DNA from: Camelus ferus
Lineage: Eukaryota
Reading direction: 5' to 3'
DNA: 64,000 nucleotides
NCBI RefSeq assembly: GCF_009834535.1
Contig: NC_045697.1
Coordinates: 52,268,001 to 52,332,000 of the forward strand
How positions within the stretch are numbered: position 1 is the first letter of the stretch; each line of letters begins with the position of its first letter. The position numbers and the translations under genes were made by a program. Shown one piece after another: positions 26,254-38,680 of the stretch. The notes below the pieces were generated by a model. It was not told the origin of the DNA, searched no databases, and saw nothing but the letters and a program-made list of their open reading frames with translations.

Positions 26254-26818
26254 TGAGACAGGAGGGAAGGGGGTGGGGCACAACCATTAAAAGAACAACA
26301 CAGCCACTGAGATTAGGAGAAATATTGGTTAGAACCAACTAGGCCCAAGATGGCAGAAGATTCCAGTAGACCTTGGGTCTCATTACATGATCATTGTAAT
26401 ACATTAGCATGCTAAATGACACCCCTCCCCAGGTTCCAAGACTGGTCCAAGGCTGACCATAAAAGGCCAAAAAGTGGTCTGTGGCCCATTTCCTGGAAAT
26501 CCCCACCCCTTTCCCAAAATAGTTGGAATAATCCTCCTGCTTGTTAGCATATGAAATTACCCAGCCCATAAAAACTAACCACCCCTACTCCTAGAGCTGC
26601 TCTCCCTTCTGAGGAGAATTGCATTCTGTCTGCGGAATGTGTATCTCTCTAAATAAACTTGCTTTCAATTTAGAATGGCTCGCTCTTGAATTCTTTCCTG
26701 CACAAAGTCAGGGATCCTCACTTGGCAGCCCGTAGTCCCATGGACTAGTCTGAGACCTAGGACATGACCATCCTCTCACGTCAACGCCCCCCTCCCCGCC
26801 CTTCATTCTCCTGCAAAA
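26254..26818 (+). mobile_element. Solo LTR (ERV1 class) related to 157-758
   Basis: TGAGACAGGA start, CCCATAAAAA TATA-like motif, AATAAA at about 26652, CTCCTGCA end, 4-bp TSD ATGG at 26250-26253 and 26819-26822. Confidence 0.85.
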
Positions 26819-27559
26819 ATGGCAACTTCCTAGAATCCTCCAGGCCAAATGAGGTGGTATCACTTAGAGCTCAGGTAGTATCTCTCACTACACTGTGGGC
26901 TCGATCTCTTTACCCACACTGGACTTTGAGCCCTTCACTAACAGAGAGGTCTCCTAACACAGCAAGTGCTAAACAAGTATTTATTGGACTGAACAAGGGA
27001 AAAGTATTCAAGTCTGTTTGCATTGAAACCTGATTTTGAAATTGTCCAACTAGAGAGAGAAATGGCAAGTGTCTAGCACCTATGCAGACATTTCTTTCTC
27101 TTCTAGACCCAAATTAATTTAAAATCTGATCATCCTATTTTTTAAATTATTTTTTTCTAGGAGAAACCGTTGCCTCTTTAAGCTACCCAGTTTGTTGCTG
27201 CCTCATGGATCTTGCTCTTAACTCTAGATCGGCAGCCAGAGTCCTACCGTGTGGGCATCTCTCCACACAAAATGTGTGGGAGCAACATGGCCCAGGTTGC
27301 CGTCCAGCTGTATCATAAAGTCCCACTGAAGTGGGACTGCCTCCCTCTCACCTCATCTCTCAATGGCCCTGACCAGGAAAACCTGCTGTACATTTGCTTG
27401 GAACCATGCCACTCCCATGAGTCTTTGGGGATCATAGTTTAAATCCATCCTTCTATTTCCGAATATCCCTGTTGAGGGTTCTGAGAGACTAGTCTAAGGG
27501 TTGATGCAGCCACCTCTGTGACAGGGAGGGAGCAATGGATTCCAGCAAACAAGAAGAAT

Positions 27560-27659
27560 AAAATTCCATTTCTCAGTAGAAATTCTAACAAGTCAAAGAA
27601 AAAGTATGGTAGTTGGAGAAGGGGTGGGTAAGGGGTGTTGTGGGAAAAGGTGTTTGGGA
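27560..27659 (+). repeat. Copy 2 of the 100-bp dispersed direct duplication
   Basis: 96/100 identical to 26011-26110 by manual alignment. Confidence 0.92.
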
Positions 27660-27959
27660 GTAGGTTAAACCACATGTACCCAAGCCTGAGGTCTATACCA
27701 CTGCTGGAATAGGATTTTGAGGGAAATATAGGAGCAATCTAATTGAAAGCTAAAAGATAAAATGAACTGGATAATAGGTTAATGAACTTATAATGTGTTC
27801 TGTGTGGGAAGACAGCAGCAATCATTTCATTCGGCTCTCTGCTTCTGAGCCCCAGCAGGGAAGTCATCTCTGACTCCACCATCCAAAACCAGACATGTCC
27901 TCTTGTCAATCTCAGTGTCCTAACCCTGCTCTCTGCTGAGAGCCCAAGCAATCTAGAGA

Positions 27960-28200
27960 CTAAGGGCCAGACTCCAGCTCTAAAATTTTTGGATTGAATT
28001 CCAGCTCCCTTTCCTCCATTACATTATTAATTGTGTCATACCGGTCAATTGATTTAATGTTTCATAATTCTCATCTTTAAAAGCAGAGATAATAATATTT
28101 CATAGTGCTGTTGTAAGGATTACATGAGTTAGTATGTGAAAAGTACTCAGAAGAGTGCCTAGTACGTAGTAAATACTATGTAAGTTTATGCTGTTATTCT
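27960..28200 (+). mobile_element. MIR SINE
   Basis: TTCTCATCTTTAAAAGCAGAGATAATAAT...GTTGTAAGGATTACATGAG core. Confidence 0.7.
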
Positions 28201-28229
28201 TCGCCATGCTTATAAGTGCCTGATTTTTA

Positions 28230-29697
28230 TATTTGTCTTTTTGGTAAGAGCACTTAATATATGATCTACCCTCAACATATTTTTTCCTTCCAGTTTTATT
28301 GAGATAGTATTCACATACAGCACTGCATAAGTTTAAGATGTACAACATCATGATTTGACTTACATGCATCATGAAATATAACCACTGTAAGTTTAGCGAA
28401 TATTCAAATCTTATATATATACAAAATTAAAGAAATAGAAAAAATTTATTCTATGTGATGAGAACTCTGGATTTATTCTCTTAACTTTCAGATATAACAT
28501 GTAGCAGTATTAATTATATTTTCATATTGTACATTATATCCCTAGTACTTATTTATCTTATAACTGAAATTTGTACCTTTGGACTGGCTTCATCCGTTTC
28601 CCCCTCCCCCCATCTCCAGTAACTGTAAATCTGATCTCTTCTATAAATTTATTTTTAAAGTATAATTGACCTATAATAATATATTATTTCCTGTTACACA
28701 CCATAGTGATTTGTTACTTCTATATATCTCAAATTGATCACTGCCATGATTCATTTATCTCACAACTGGGAGTTTGTACCTCAATCTCCCAAACCTATTT
28801 CTTTACTCCCCCTGCCCTCTCCCCTCTGGCAACCACCTGTTTGCTCTCTGTATCTATGACTGTTTCTGTTTTATGTTTGCTAATTTGTTTTTTTAGATTC
28901 CACATACAAGTGATATCATACAGTATTTGTCTTTCTCTGAATTTTCACTTAGCATGATACCCTCTAGGTCCATCCATGTTATTGCAAATGGCAAAATTTC
29001 TTTTTTAATAGCTGAGTAATATTCCTTTGTGTGTGTGTATGCGTGTGTGTGTGTATACACTACATCTTCTTTATCCATTCATCTATTGATGGGCACTTAG
29101 GTTGCTTCCATATTTTGACTACTGTGAATAATTCTGCAATGAACATAGGTGCATATATCTTTTCAAATTAGTGTTTTTCTTTTCTTCAGGTAAATACCTG
29201 GGAGTGGAATTGCTAGATCATATGGTAGCTCTATTTTTAATTTTTTGAGGAATCTCCATACTGTTTTCCATAGTGGCTGCATCAGTTTACATTCCCACCC
29301 ACAGGGCATGAGGGTTCCCTTTTCTCCATATCTTTTTGATAATAGCTATTCTGACGGGTGTGAGGTGATAGTTCATTGTGGTTTTGCTTTGCATTTCTCT
29401 GGTGGTGAGTGATGTTGAGCATCCTTTCATGTGCCTGTTGGCCATCTGTGTGTCTTTTTTGGGACAATGTCTATTCAGATTCTCTGCTCATTTTTCAGTT
29501 GGGTTCTTTGTGTTTTTGATGTTGAGTTTTTATGAGTTCTCTGTATATTCTGGATATTAACCCCTGATTAAGTATATGTTTGCAGATATATTCTCCCATT
29601 CAGTAGGTGGCCTTTTCATTTTGTTGACAGTTTCCTTCACTGTGCAAAAGTATTTTTAGTTTGTTGTAGTCCCATGTGTTTATTTTTGCATTTCCTT
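28230..29697 (-). mobile_element. L1 3' part (L1MA-like, intermediate age)
   Basis: Minus-strand ORF2 C-terminal remnants (KEYYSAIKKEILPFAITWMDLEGIML) plus 3' UTR. Confidence 0.88.
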
Positions 29698-32600
29698 GAG
29701 GGTCTTACGAGTATTGCTTCTCTGCCTTCTGGTGTTGAATGTTGCTATGACAAAATCTAAGGTCAGCCTTATATTAGTCTTCTAAGTGATTTAATATGTT
29801 TTGTTTGTTTTCCTGCCAGGCTATTTCCATTAGAGTCCAATTAGAACAACAGAAACTGCTTTAGATGTTTCAAGCAACACTTGCAAAAGTGTTGGCAGTA
29901 CTGGAAGAGGAAAAGAAATTAGATGATGATATCCAGAGATCAGGAACCGTAGGTAGCTGCAGTGACCTGTGGGAGCCCACAAAGCTGTCCTTGCCACGGA
30001 TACCACTGGACCTACTGGTCTGCGCTGACCTACAGCCCAGGAGCCAGCACTCACTACGTTGCTACTGAAGCCCAGTGCTCCTGGCAGGGCTGCTGCTGCT
30101 TCTACCTGCTTCCTGCCTGCTAATCTCACGAGGGGCAACCACTGGCAGACTCTGAAACTTCTGGCAATGGAGCCTGGAAAATGCGGCATACTACCCTCCA
30201 GCACCCTGCAGTGCACTAAGAGAATAGCTTCTGTGTAACAAACCATTTCTGGCATATTTCCCAAAGGAAAATGGGAAAAATCAAAAGGACTTTGCTTTCA
30301 AGTCTACCTCACTAGCTGTACATTCCAGTATTGGCTATTTTGAGTCAATTTCCATGGTCCATAATGTACTTTTCCAATGTATAGATTCAGGTTTTTTTAT
30401 TTCAAGAAAGCTTTCCTGCTTGCATGAGGCAATATTTGTTCTAGTCTATTATTTTGATTTTCTTTTTTCAGAGGTTTCAATTGGTTCCAACTGTAGATAT
30501 CTTAGATTTCCATTTCTCTTGCATACCTATAGTTCTCCATTCATCTGATATGTTCTTAATTTCATTTTATTTTATTTCACTTTGCATGTCTCTATTTATT
30601 GTTTTCTGCTGTGCCCACTCTGCCTTGTGTTCTTTACAAATGTATCTTAATTTCTATAACAGTTTTTCTTCTCTGGGTTTTTTTCAGTTCACTTTGTATC
30701 TTTTCATGTTTTCTCACCCCTTTTCTGAGCTTTTCCATTTTTCCTTAGGTTTTCCACTAGAGTAAAAACATTTAATCAAAATTTTCATCTGCAATTTAAC
30801 TTTTTTTTATGGTTAGTGTTCTTTTGTTAATAAGGATTTATTGCTACTTTCTCTATTTTCTTTTATTAGAGTATCTTAGCATCTAAATTATACCAGTTCC
30901 TTTTTATTACTTGTCATGAATGCCTTGGATTTTGCTAGACCAGCCGTTTTCAGTGGTCTCCTGGCCAAGGATAGATTGTATTGTTGTATAATAAAAAGTC
31001 TGTCCTATTTCTCAGCTACAGAGACAAACTGATTCCAGCAAATATGGCTTGTCTGCGTGATTCCTTAGGAAACAGAATCTTCTAGGTCTTGGAACCAAAT
31101 CAGCTCCAGGGTAATTCTACCAGTGTAGGTCATACAATTCCCACCTCTGTGGTCACAAAAAAATGTAACTCCAGGGCAGCCTTCTCCAGAAGCTGCCACC
31201 CCTGGGCTTTCCATTGTTAATATTTCTCAGCTGTTTACCTACACTTTTCAAAGGGATGACTACTCAGTCTTGAAGACCTGCAGTCCTTTTATATAATCGA
31301 AGATCATATCTGTCTGTTTTCACCATAAACAATATTTTCAGAGGTTTTGATCCTTATTATTTTTCAGTGATTTGTAGGAGGCTGTTGGGCTGCACCCCAC
31401 AGGCCTGCAAGCCTTGTAGTTGTCCAGCCTCCAGACTGAGGAGCTCAGAAACAGCGACAGACACATCAGTGGTTTACTGGACAGGGGATGTGAAAAGTCT
31501 GAAGTGAGAGGTCCTGGAGCAGCACCCTGCTGTGGATGGCAGAAGGCAGGCAGGACAAGGCAGCAATCTTCACTGCTCAGGGGAGAATTGACATCAGGTG
31601 GGCTCACCAATAAACAGGAACCAGTTAAGCCCTAACAGTCATGTGAGTGAAGCAGGGACTGGTTGAGCAGGAGATGTGCAGAAAGTAAGAGAAAAGCCAT
31701 CTTGAGTGGCCTGATAATACACTCCACCCTGTACACAAACGCTGCATGAGCGACTTTTACCCTCTTGATCCCCCCACTCCCATCCCGCCTTCTGTGATAT
31801 CCCTATGGTCCGGGTAGGTGGAAATGCACTGCAACCAAATACCACGAATGCAACACAGACACCAGGTAAAAAGTCAAGAGTCAGGCAAGCTTTGGAGCCA
31901 GGCTTTATCAGGTCAATCTTTTATGGAAGTCCAGAGGAGGACGACCATGGCCTCTGGCTGTATACCCAGCCATCAGACTTATTTCTCAACGAAGCCACCA
32001 CTGTTGCCCAATCTGCAAAGATTCCCTCCGCTCAGACTAGAGATGAAATGTTAAGATGTTTACTAGGCACCATAAAGGAAGATCATGACCATTAAGCAAA
32101 ATACAAGCAGTAACAGCGTTCTAAGATAACACCACCCGGGCATGTGATTTTTGTCCAAGTCCGCAGTACCATTACCTGTCCACCCTCAGTCCCCGCAGCC
32201 GCTGCCGAATACTGAAAGGATGGTACCACAACGGACCACAGAATTAACATAATAGTGCCCTTCTCCAGTAGGGGGCCTTCTGTAATATTTCCCACGTGTT
32301 TTAAGACACTGTAGACTGCATACAGCTGTTGCTCCATACACTGTCATTGCTCTGTGCCCTTCCATAGCTGGGACCAGAAGCCCAAGGGTACTCAGTACTT
32401 GGCTGTTGCCACAGGACCCAGCCAAACCCTTTCAGGTAACTGGACACACCCGATTCACAAGCCTGTCCCTGAGTCTGTGCCTAAAGCCTGTGCCTGTGAT
32501 TGTTTAAGGGCAGTGGGCCCGGTGTATGCTCATCTTACGTGATCAGGTAACAGCCAAATGTTAAACAGGTAACCCAGGCCCGTGCATTCTGTCCGTGTTC

Positions 32601-32954
32601 ACCAGCCGTCTCCGAGCAGTCAGATGAGCCACGAGTACGGGGCTGCTACTTTAAACTAGAAAGAGACTCTGAGATTTTGGGTCCCACCTGCTAGTGGATG
32701 GCCACCCCGGGATGACCCTTTACAACTTTCCGTTCTCCATCCCAATTTCCCGTCCGTCATCTCGGTGCTCACAGAACTTTCCTCGGTTTCTTGGCTGGCT
32801 TACCAGTTGTTGGGCTACACCCCTCGGGCCTGCAAGCCTTGCAGTTGTCCAGCCTCGAGACCGAAGAAAGAGTCCAGAGACAGTGACATCAGTGGTTTGC
32901 TGGACAGGGGAGTCTTACATGTCTGAGGTGAAAGGTCCTAGAGACACCCTCACA

Positions 32955-33151
32955 GCGGGGCCGGCGGCAGGGCGGGGGCCGGCGGCAGGGCGGGGCCGGC
33001 GGCAGGGCGGGGCCGGCGGCAGGGCGGGGCCGGCGGCAGGGCGGGGCCGGCGGCAGGGCGGGGCCGGCGGCAGGGCGGGGCCGGCGGCAGGGCGGGGCCG
33101 GCGGCAGGGCGGGGCCGGCGGCAGGGCGGGGCCGGCGGCAGGGCGGGGCCG
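32955..33151. repeat. GC-rich minisatellite (GCGGGGCCGGCGGCAGG), 17-bp unit, about 11.5 copies
   Basis: 11 full units (the second has one extra G) plus a 9-nt partial unit. Three CpG per unit. Confidence 0.97.
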
Positions 33152-33186
33152 CCACCTCCACCTCCCCGGAGAGAAGCAGGCCACCA

Positions 33187-33208
33187 TTTATAGGGGGAAG
33201 CGACGTCA
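33187..33208 (-). promoter_or_regulatory. LTR core promoter: TATAAA (33192-33187) preceded by CRE-like TGACGTCG (33208-33201)
   Basis: Motifs read directly at the position expected for the U3 end of the minus-strand 5' LTR. Activity is not shown. Confidence 0.5.
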
Positions 33209-34513
33209 GTTTGGCTCGTTAGTTACCAGGGGAACCAGCAGAGGGGCACGCCCCTCACAGCCCCTCAGGTTAACAACCAGGGCAGATGTTTCCTTTTAAG
33301 AAAGTAGCAGGTGGAGTAGTTTTGGCTTAAGGGTTAGAACAACCGCTAGCTGGGGCAGGGGGCGAGCATGTCCATGAGAGCAGGGTGTAGGGGAAGCAGG
33401 GACAGGTTGAGCAGTGTGTATGCAGAGAGCAAGGGAACTGCCATCTCAAGTGGCCTGGACAGAGAGAGGCAAAGGGGAAAGTGGTGACCTATGCAGCCAT
33501 GTTCACATATGGAAAATCCCTGTGCTGGTGACACTTATACACGGTTACAGAGAAACACCTTATCTGTTAATTTCCTATTTGCTATATATAATACAAGGCA
33601 AAACATATTAGATGTCAAATAAATGATACAAAAATAAGAGTACTATCAAGAACGACATCAAGGAAAGCATAAAGGAAGAGGTAGCATTTGACATGGGCCT
33701 TAGTTAAAAGGATGGTAGAAGGGAAGGACTGGGAGGCAGAAAGAATGCTCCAAGGCACAGCTTGTGCGCCTGTGAGGGTGGCTCGGCTCAGAGGAAGATA
33801 CGTGCAGGCGTACAGGGAGACACTCTTCAAAGAAGCAGTTTATAATAAGCCCAGGAATATCTGAATTTTCAAGAGGATTACTAACCCTGGAAAGTTAGAC
33901 AGTGACACACCTGGATTGAAGAGACATTTTAAAGCAGTAGAACCCTCAAATCAGACCGCATAGATAAATTTCTATTTTGACCAACTCTAAGATATCTAAG
34001 ATATCTCTAAGATATTTAATTAAATTTAATTGAATTAAATTTAAAAGTGAGTTTCTGAAGACAGCCAAAAAAAAGCACCATTATGCAGTAGATAAATGGA
34101 GTAATGAAAGCAGCTGCGAATCTAACATGGACATCTTTTTAATATCTTTCCCTTCAGACTGAAAGACCCATGAGGGCAAGAACAGCAGCTATTTCATTCA
34201 ACAATAGTTATTAAGCATATACCACAATGCCTGGGAATAGGTACTCAATACATCAAGGCTGAATACATTGTGAATAAACAAAGTCCCTAAGGATAGCTTC
34301 TTTGAATTACAGTTTTTTATCACTTTCATCGTTTGCAATTTTTCCTGGGATATATTAAAATATAAACTAATTTGAAAGATTTTAAACTTGCATGTTAAAA
34401 ATAATAACTTTCTCCCATCCCTCAAAATAATTAGAGTCAGCTAGAATCACAAAGTCAGGATAGGGACATCATTGCTACAGATAGTTGTGCCACAGAGATT
34501 TACATACTCTCTC

Positions 34514-34689
34514 TTTTTTTTTAAGGATTTAAAAAAATTTTTTGACAGTTTTTTTTTTATGGAGGAGGTAATTCGGTTTATTTATTTGTTTTATATAGAT
34601 ATGTATATATATTATGAAGGTACTGGGGATTGAACCCAGGACCTCGGCATGCCAAACATACACTCTACCGCTGAGATACAACCTCCCCC
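34514..34689 (-). mobile_element. tRNA-derived SINE (vic-1-like, longer form)
   Basis: GTACTGGGGATTGAACCCAGGACCTC (reverse B-box region), T-rich tail, TSD TACA(T/C)ACTCTCT. Confidence 0.85.
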
Positions 34690-35809
34690 TACACACTCTC
34701 TTAAAACACTTCTTCTTCACCTTCAAAATGCAGGTTTTGTGAACCTTGTGAAAGCGTGCATGTGAACAGATATACTCTGGAAAAACAAAGTCTGATCAGT
34801 ATTGGCCAGAGAACAAAGGGATTGAGACCTGAGTGATTTCCACACTTGGCTGCTGTATATCAGTCACGGGTGACAGCGGTGACCGCTCTGCTGTGACAGA
34901 GGCTAGCCATGCTGATTTCCGTTAGACATGCTTCCGCTGAAACAGATTAATTCTTAGTGATCAGAATCTGATTTGGGCTCAAGCTTAGCAGGCTAATTTT
35001 CAGCCTATGGGGATAAAGTCACGGTAATTTTCTGATTATTTAATGGAAAAGAAATCAGCAAAGATCAAAGAAAAACACCACACCAAGAAGAGGTTACCAG
35101 TGGCAAATGTTTCCTGTTTCTCTGGTCCATTAAACATCATCTGCTTAGGGTTTACCTTTAAAGGCATAATTTCCCTAATAAGCAGGAGTGGTATTGTTTT
35201 CAGGTGCATATCTTACTACTAGAAAAAATGTCACTAGAACAAGGAGAATTAAACCTTTGCTTTCCATCACAGTCTAACTCTGGTTAGAGCTATAGTTCCC
35301 TATGATTTGAAGCAATGGTCTCAGGCTCTGTTTTACTTCCAAAGAAATATAGCCTGTTTAGAGCAAACACACAGAAAGGAATATTCTAGTGGAAACTTGA
35401 TTTTTAAAGAATCAGTAACTGGTGACTTTTCTTCACCTTTTTTCTTACATTGAAACCGCCGTGCTCAACTCCATGACCAACTTGGCTCAAACACACGTGT
35501 ATTTATTAAATGCATGCATGCCTTCTGGAGGCATTTTGCCAAATACTAAACACAAAATAATGAATAGATCTCAGTTCCTGCCCTTGAGATTGCCCAGTCC
35601 ACTGGGGAGATGCTGTGATAAGTGCTATTGAAAGGAGGTAAGTACAAGATGCTGTGGAAACCCCGTGTCTGGGGAAGTTAGAGGAGGCATCCTGCAGGCA
35701 TCACCAGCCTGCGGAGTCTTGAAATGTAAGTAGGACTTTACCAGGATTATGGACTTCTAGTCAAAGCTGGCAGAACATAGTTCCCTTTTGGAAATCTTCT
35801 CTAGGGATT

Positions 35810-36830
35810 TATTTTTAAATAAACTTTTAATTTTAAAATAATCTTAGATTTACAAAAAAGTTATAATAAGAGAATTTACAGAGATAATAGTTTTCCCTAA
35901 TAGTAACATCTTACATGACCATGGTGTATTTATCAAAACTAAGAAATTAACATTGGTACAATACTATTCAGTAAACAAGAGACATTATTCATAATCCACC
36001 AATCTTTCCACTAATGTTATTTTGTTATTCCAGGATCCAATTCAGGACGCAACATTGAGTTTTATTGTCAGGTCTCCTTAGCCTGCTCCAGTCTGCAACA
36101 GTTTATCAGTTTTCCCTTAGTTTTCCTGACTGACAATTTTAAAATGAGTTGGTCAGGTGTTTTGTAAAATATATTTCCATTTGGATTTGTCTGATGTTTT
36201 CTCATGATTACTTTGGAATTACGGGTTTGGAGGAAGAGTAACTCATAGGTGAAACCTCCTCCTCATTACATAAAATCGGCAGTACCTGGTATCATCCTGA
36301 CATAGCACCGCTGATGTTATGTCAACCTTCAACACTTGCTGAAGGCAGTGTCTGCCAGGTATAGCAAAGTTATTATTATTTTTCTTTTCTTACTTAAAAG
36401 AATCAGTAAGTCCAGCCCACAGTCAAGGGGTGAGGAATTAAGCTCCACCTCCTGGATAGAGGAGTATCTACATGTATAATTTGAATTATTTTGTAAGGAA
36501 GAGTTTTTTTCCTTCTCTCCCATTTATTTATCTATTTCATCATTTATGTATTTCAATTTGGACTCATGTTTATTTATTTTACACTTTGGGTTATTATCCA
36601 GCACTACATAATTTATTTTGTTCTTCAGACTGTTCCAACTTTGTCTTTGGGAGCTCTTTCAGGTCAGCTACTGTGTCCTTTTGCCAGACCCCCATAATTA
36701 CATTCTTTTAGCCCTTCCTTGCTTTTTGGCACAATCAGATGCTACAGGGTCATGACGCATTATTCATGAACCAGACCTCGAATCAGCCATTTTCCCAGTG
36801 AACCCTCTCATGTTTTATTGGAGAATAGTT
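35810..36830 (-). mobile_element. Old L1M (L1MC-like) 3' UTR fragment
   Basis: TTAGATTTACAAAAAAGTT and AAAACTAAGAAATTAACATTGGTACAATACTATT motifs. Confidence 0.7.
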
Positions 36831-38021
36831 TTGTTTTTTAGTTTTTGGTTTCTTGGTTTTAGTAACTAAGATATGGACACTGGATGTGGATTTTTTGTAG
36901 TGTGTTTATAAGCTAAGATGAAAACACAAAAATGAGGAAAATAAAAGAGATGAAAACCAAAAAAGAATGGAAGCTGGAAAGCAGGGGGCCAACTGGAAAG
37001 TGTCTTAACAGATGGAGAAAAATGAAAGGTAAACCGGCAGTGACAGGAAAACAGAAGCAAGCCAGTGTGTACCTCAGAACCCCAGAAAACTTGGAAGGGT
37101 GGCCCAAGTTCTCTCTGAAGATGGGAGTGTAGGTGAGTGAAAAAGAGGGCAATGGACACAGGGCCATATGATTAGCTGTTTGATCCCTAGTGCCCCTCCC
37201 ACGCCATGTTATCCAGGAAGTTTTCCCTCCCACAGCAGCTTAAGACCGGGGGACTGTTCTCCAGAGAAGTTCAGCCAAAAGAACTCTGGACTTGGGAACT
37301 GTAGCTTCAGTTGAGGAAGCGTCATACTAAAAACAACAGAATGAAATGTAAGGTTCCGCATGGCAATTTGAGACCTCCTAGCCCTCTGTCCTTATTTGTC
37401 GCTGAGGACACTGTCAGCCAAATTAGAAAATTTCTTCTTGGATAAACTGGCCAGAACACAAGAAAAGACCCACAGGCAGTGACAGTTTGGCGGGGGGTGG
37501 GGGGTGGGGTTCCAATATAAGCGGTCTAGTTAGCTGAACTTACAGTCAATCCCATAAGTCAACACCATCAGAACTTGCAGTAACCACTTTTTTCTCATTT
37601 TTTGTTGTGAAAAAAAATACATAATGAATATGTACGAGATACACATACACATATGTTTTTGTGTGCATATGTATGTGTGTATATATGGAGAATATATATA
37701 AAGAATATATGTACATATGTAACAAATATGTATTTATTTTTTAAAAATAATTATAAATTATATAGCTACACCAAGATTAAGAAATGGCCACTACTATAGG
37801 AGGAAACCACTGATTAATATTCCTTTTCCTTATTCTTACAGATAATTATATTCTGATTTTTAGGCTTTTCTCACCACTATATATACTATATAAACATATC
37901 CCTGAAAATATAGTTTATTTTGCCTTTTCAAAAATGTATATACACAGAGTTATACCAATCTATTATTTGTAACTTGATTCCTTATTTCAACATACTATTT
38001 GAGAGACTGATTCTTATTGAT

Positions 38022-38615
38022 TATGATGGTTAATTTTATATATCAACTTGACTGAGCCATGGGGTGCTAAGACATTGGGTTAAACATTATTCTGGGTGTT
38101 CCTGGATGAGACTGACATTTGAACTGGTAGACTGAGTAGAGCAGGCTGCCTCTTTAGTGTGGGTGGGCCTCACCCAATCAGCTGAGGCCTGAATTGAACA
38201 AAAAGCTGATCCTCTAAGGAGTAAGGGGAATGCCTCCCTCCTGATACCCTTGAGCTGGTATATTACTGTTGCTCCTGCTGCTTTCCTGACTTCGGACTCG
38301 AACTGAAACACTGGCTCTTCCTAAGTCTTGGGCCTGCCTACATTCAGTCTGGAACTATCCCATAAGCTCTCCTGGTCCTCAGGCCTTCAAACTTGGGTTG
38401 GAACTACACCATTGACTCTACAGGGTCTCCAGCTTGCCAACCAATGCACCCCACCAGTCTCAGGACTTGTCAGCCTCCAGTATCCATAATCACAAGAGCC
38501 AATTTCTCATAATCACTCTCTCTCTCTCCCCCCTCTCTCTCCTCCCCTTTCTCTCCCTCTTTCTCTCTCTTCACGTACTACTGGCCCCATTTCTCTAGGA
38601 CACACGGACACAACA
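38022..38615 (+). mobile_element. MLT2-like (ERVL) solo LTR
   Basis: GATGGTTAATTTTATATATCAACTTGACTGAGCCA start, an internal (CT)n tract, and a TTTCTCTAGGA end region. Confidence 0.85.
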
Positions 38616-38680
38616 CACATTAATGCATATAATTGTAGTTTGTTCATTTACTTTTCTGTGTAGAATATATTTATCTAGGA

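Larger units (their letters stand above)
31383..33465 (-). mobile_element. Internally deleted ERVL-class provirus: 5' LTR 32808-33465, PBS 32788-32805, internal region of about 1.1 kb, PPT 31722-31731, 3' LTR 31383-31721
   Basis: Two homologous LTRs, both beginning TGTTGGGCT(G/A)CACCCC on +. 5-bp TSD GAGGC at 31378-31382 and 33466-33470. PBS TGGTAAGCCAGCCAAGAA matches 14/18 to the complement of the tRNA-Arg(ACG) 3' end as recalled. Purine-rich CAGGGTGGAG abuts the 3' LTR. Confidence 0.85.

Noticed and set aside
157..26818. Related LTRs at 157-758 and 26254-26818 as the two ends of one giant provirus
   Set aside because: Each has its own distinct TSD (CAAC versus ATGG) and there is no PBS or internal retroviral sequence, so they are independent solo LTRs.
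32955..33151. Regular repeat array considered as CRISPR-like
   Set aside because: The units are directly tandem with no unique spacers, the context is eukaryotic, and there are no cas genes.
32694..33299. 201-aa Gly/Arg/Ala-rich ORF and two antisense Pro-rich ORFs
   Set aside because: They stay open only because the 17-bp GC minisatellite has no stop codons. The 201-aa ORF has a non-ATG start, all lie in an LTR element, and none resembles a protein family.
33985..34045. Short tandem CTAAGATAT repeats and AT-rich palindromes
   Set aside because: Low-complexity slippage products with no further structure. The 14-bp tandem duplication near 15662-15689 is similar.
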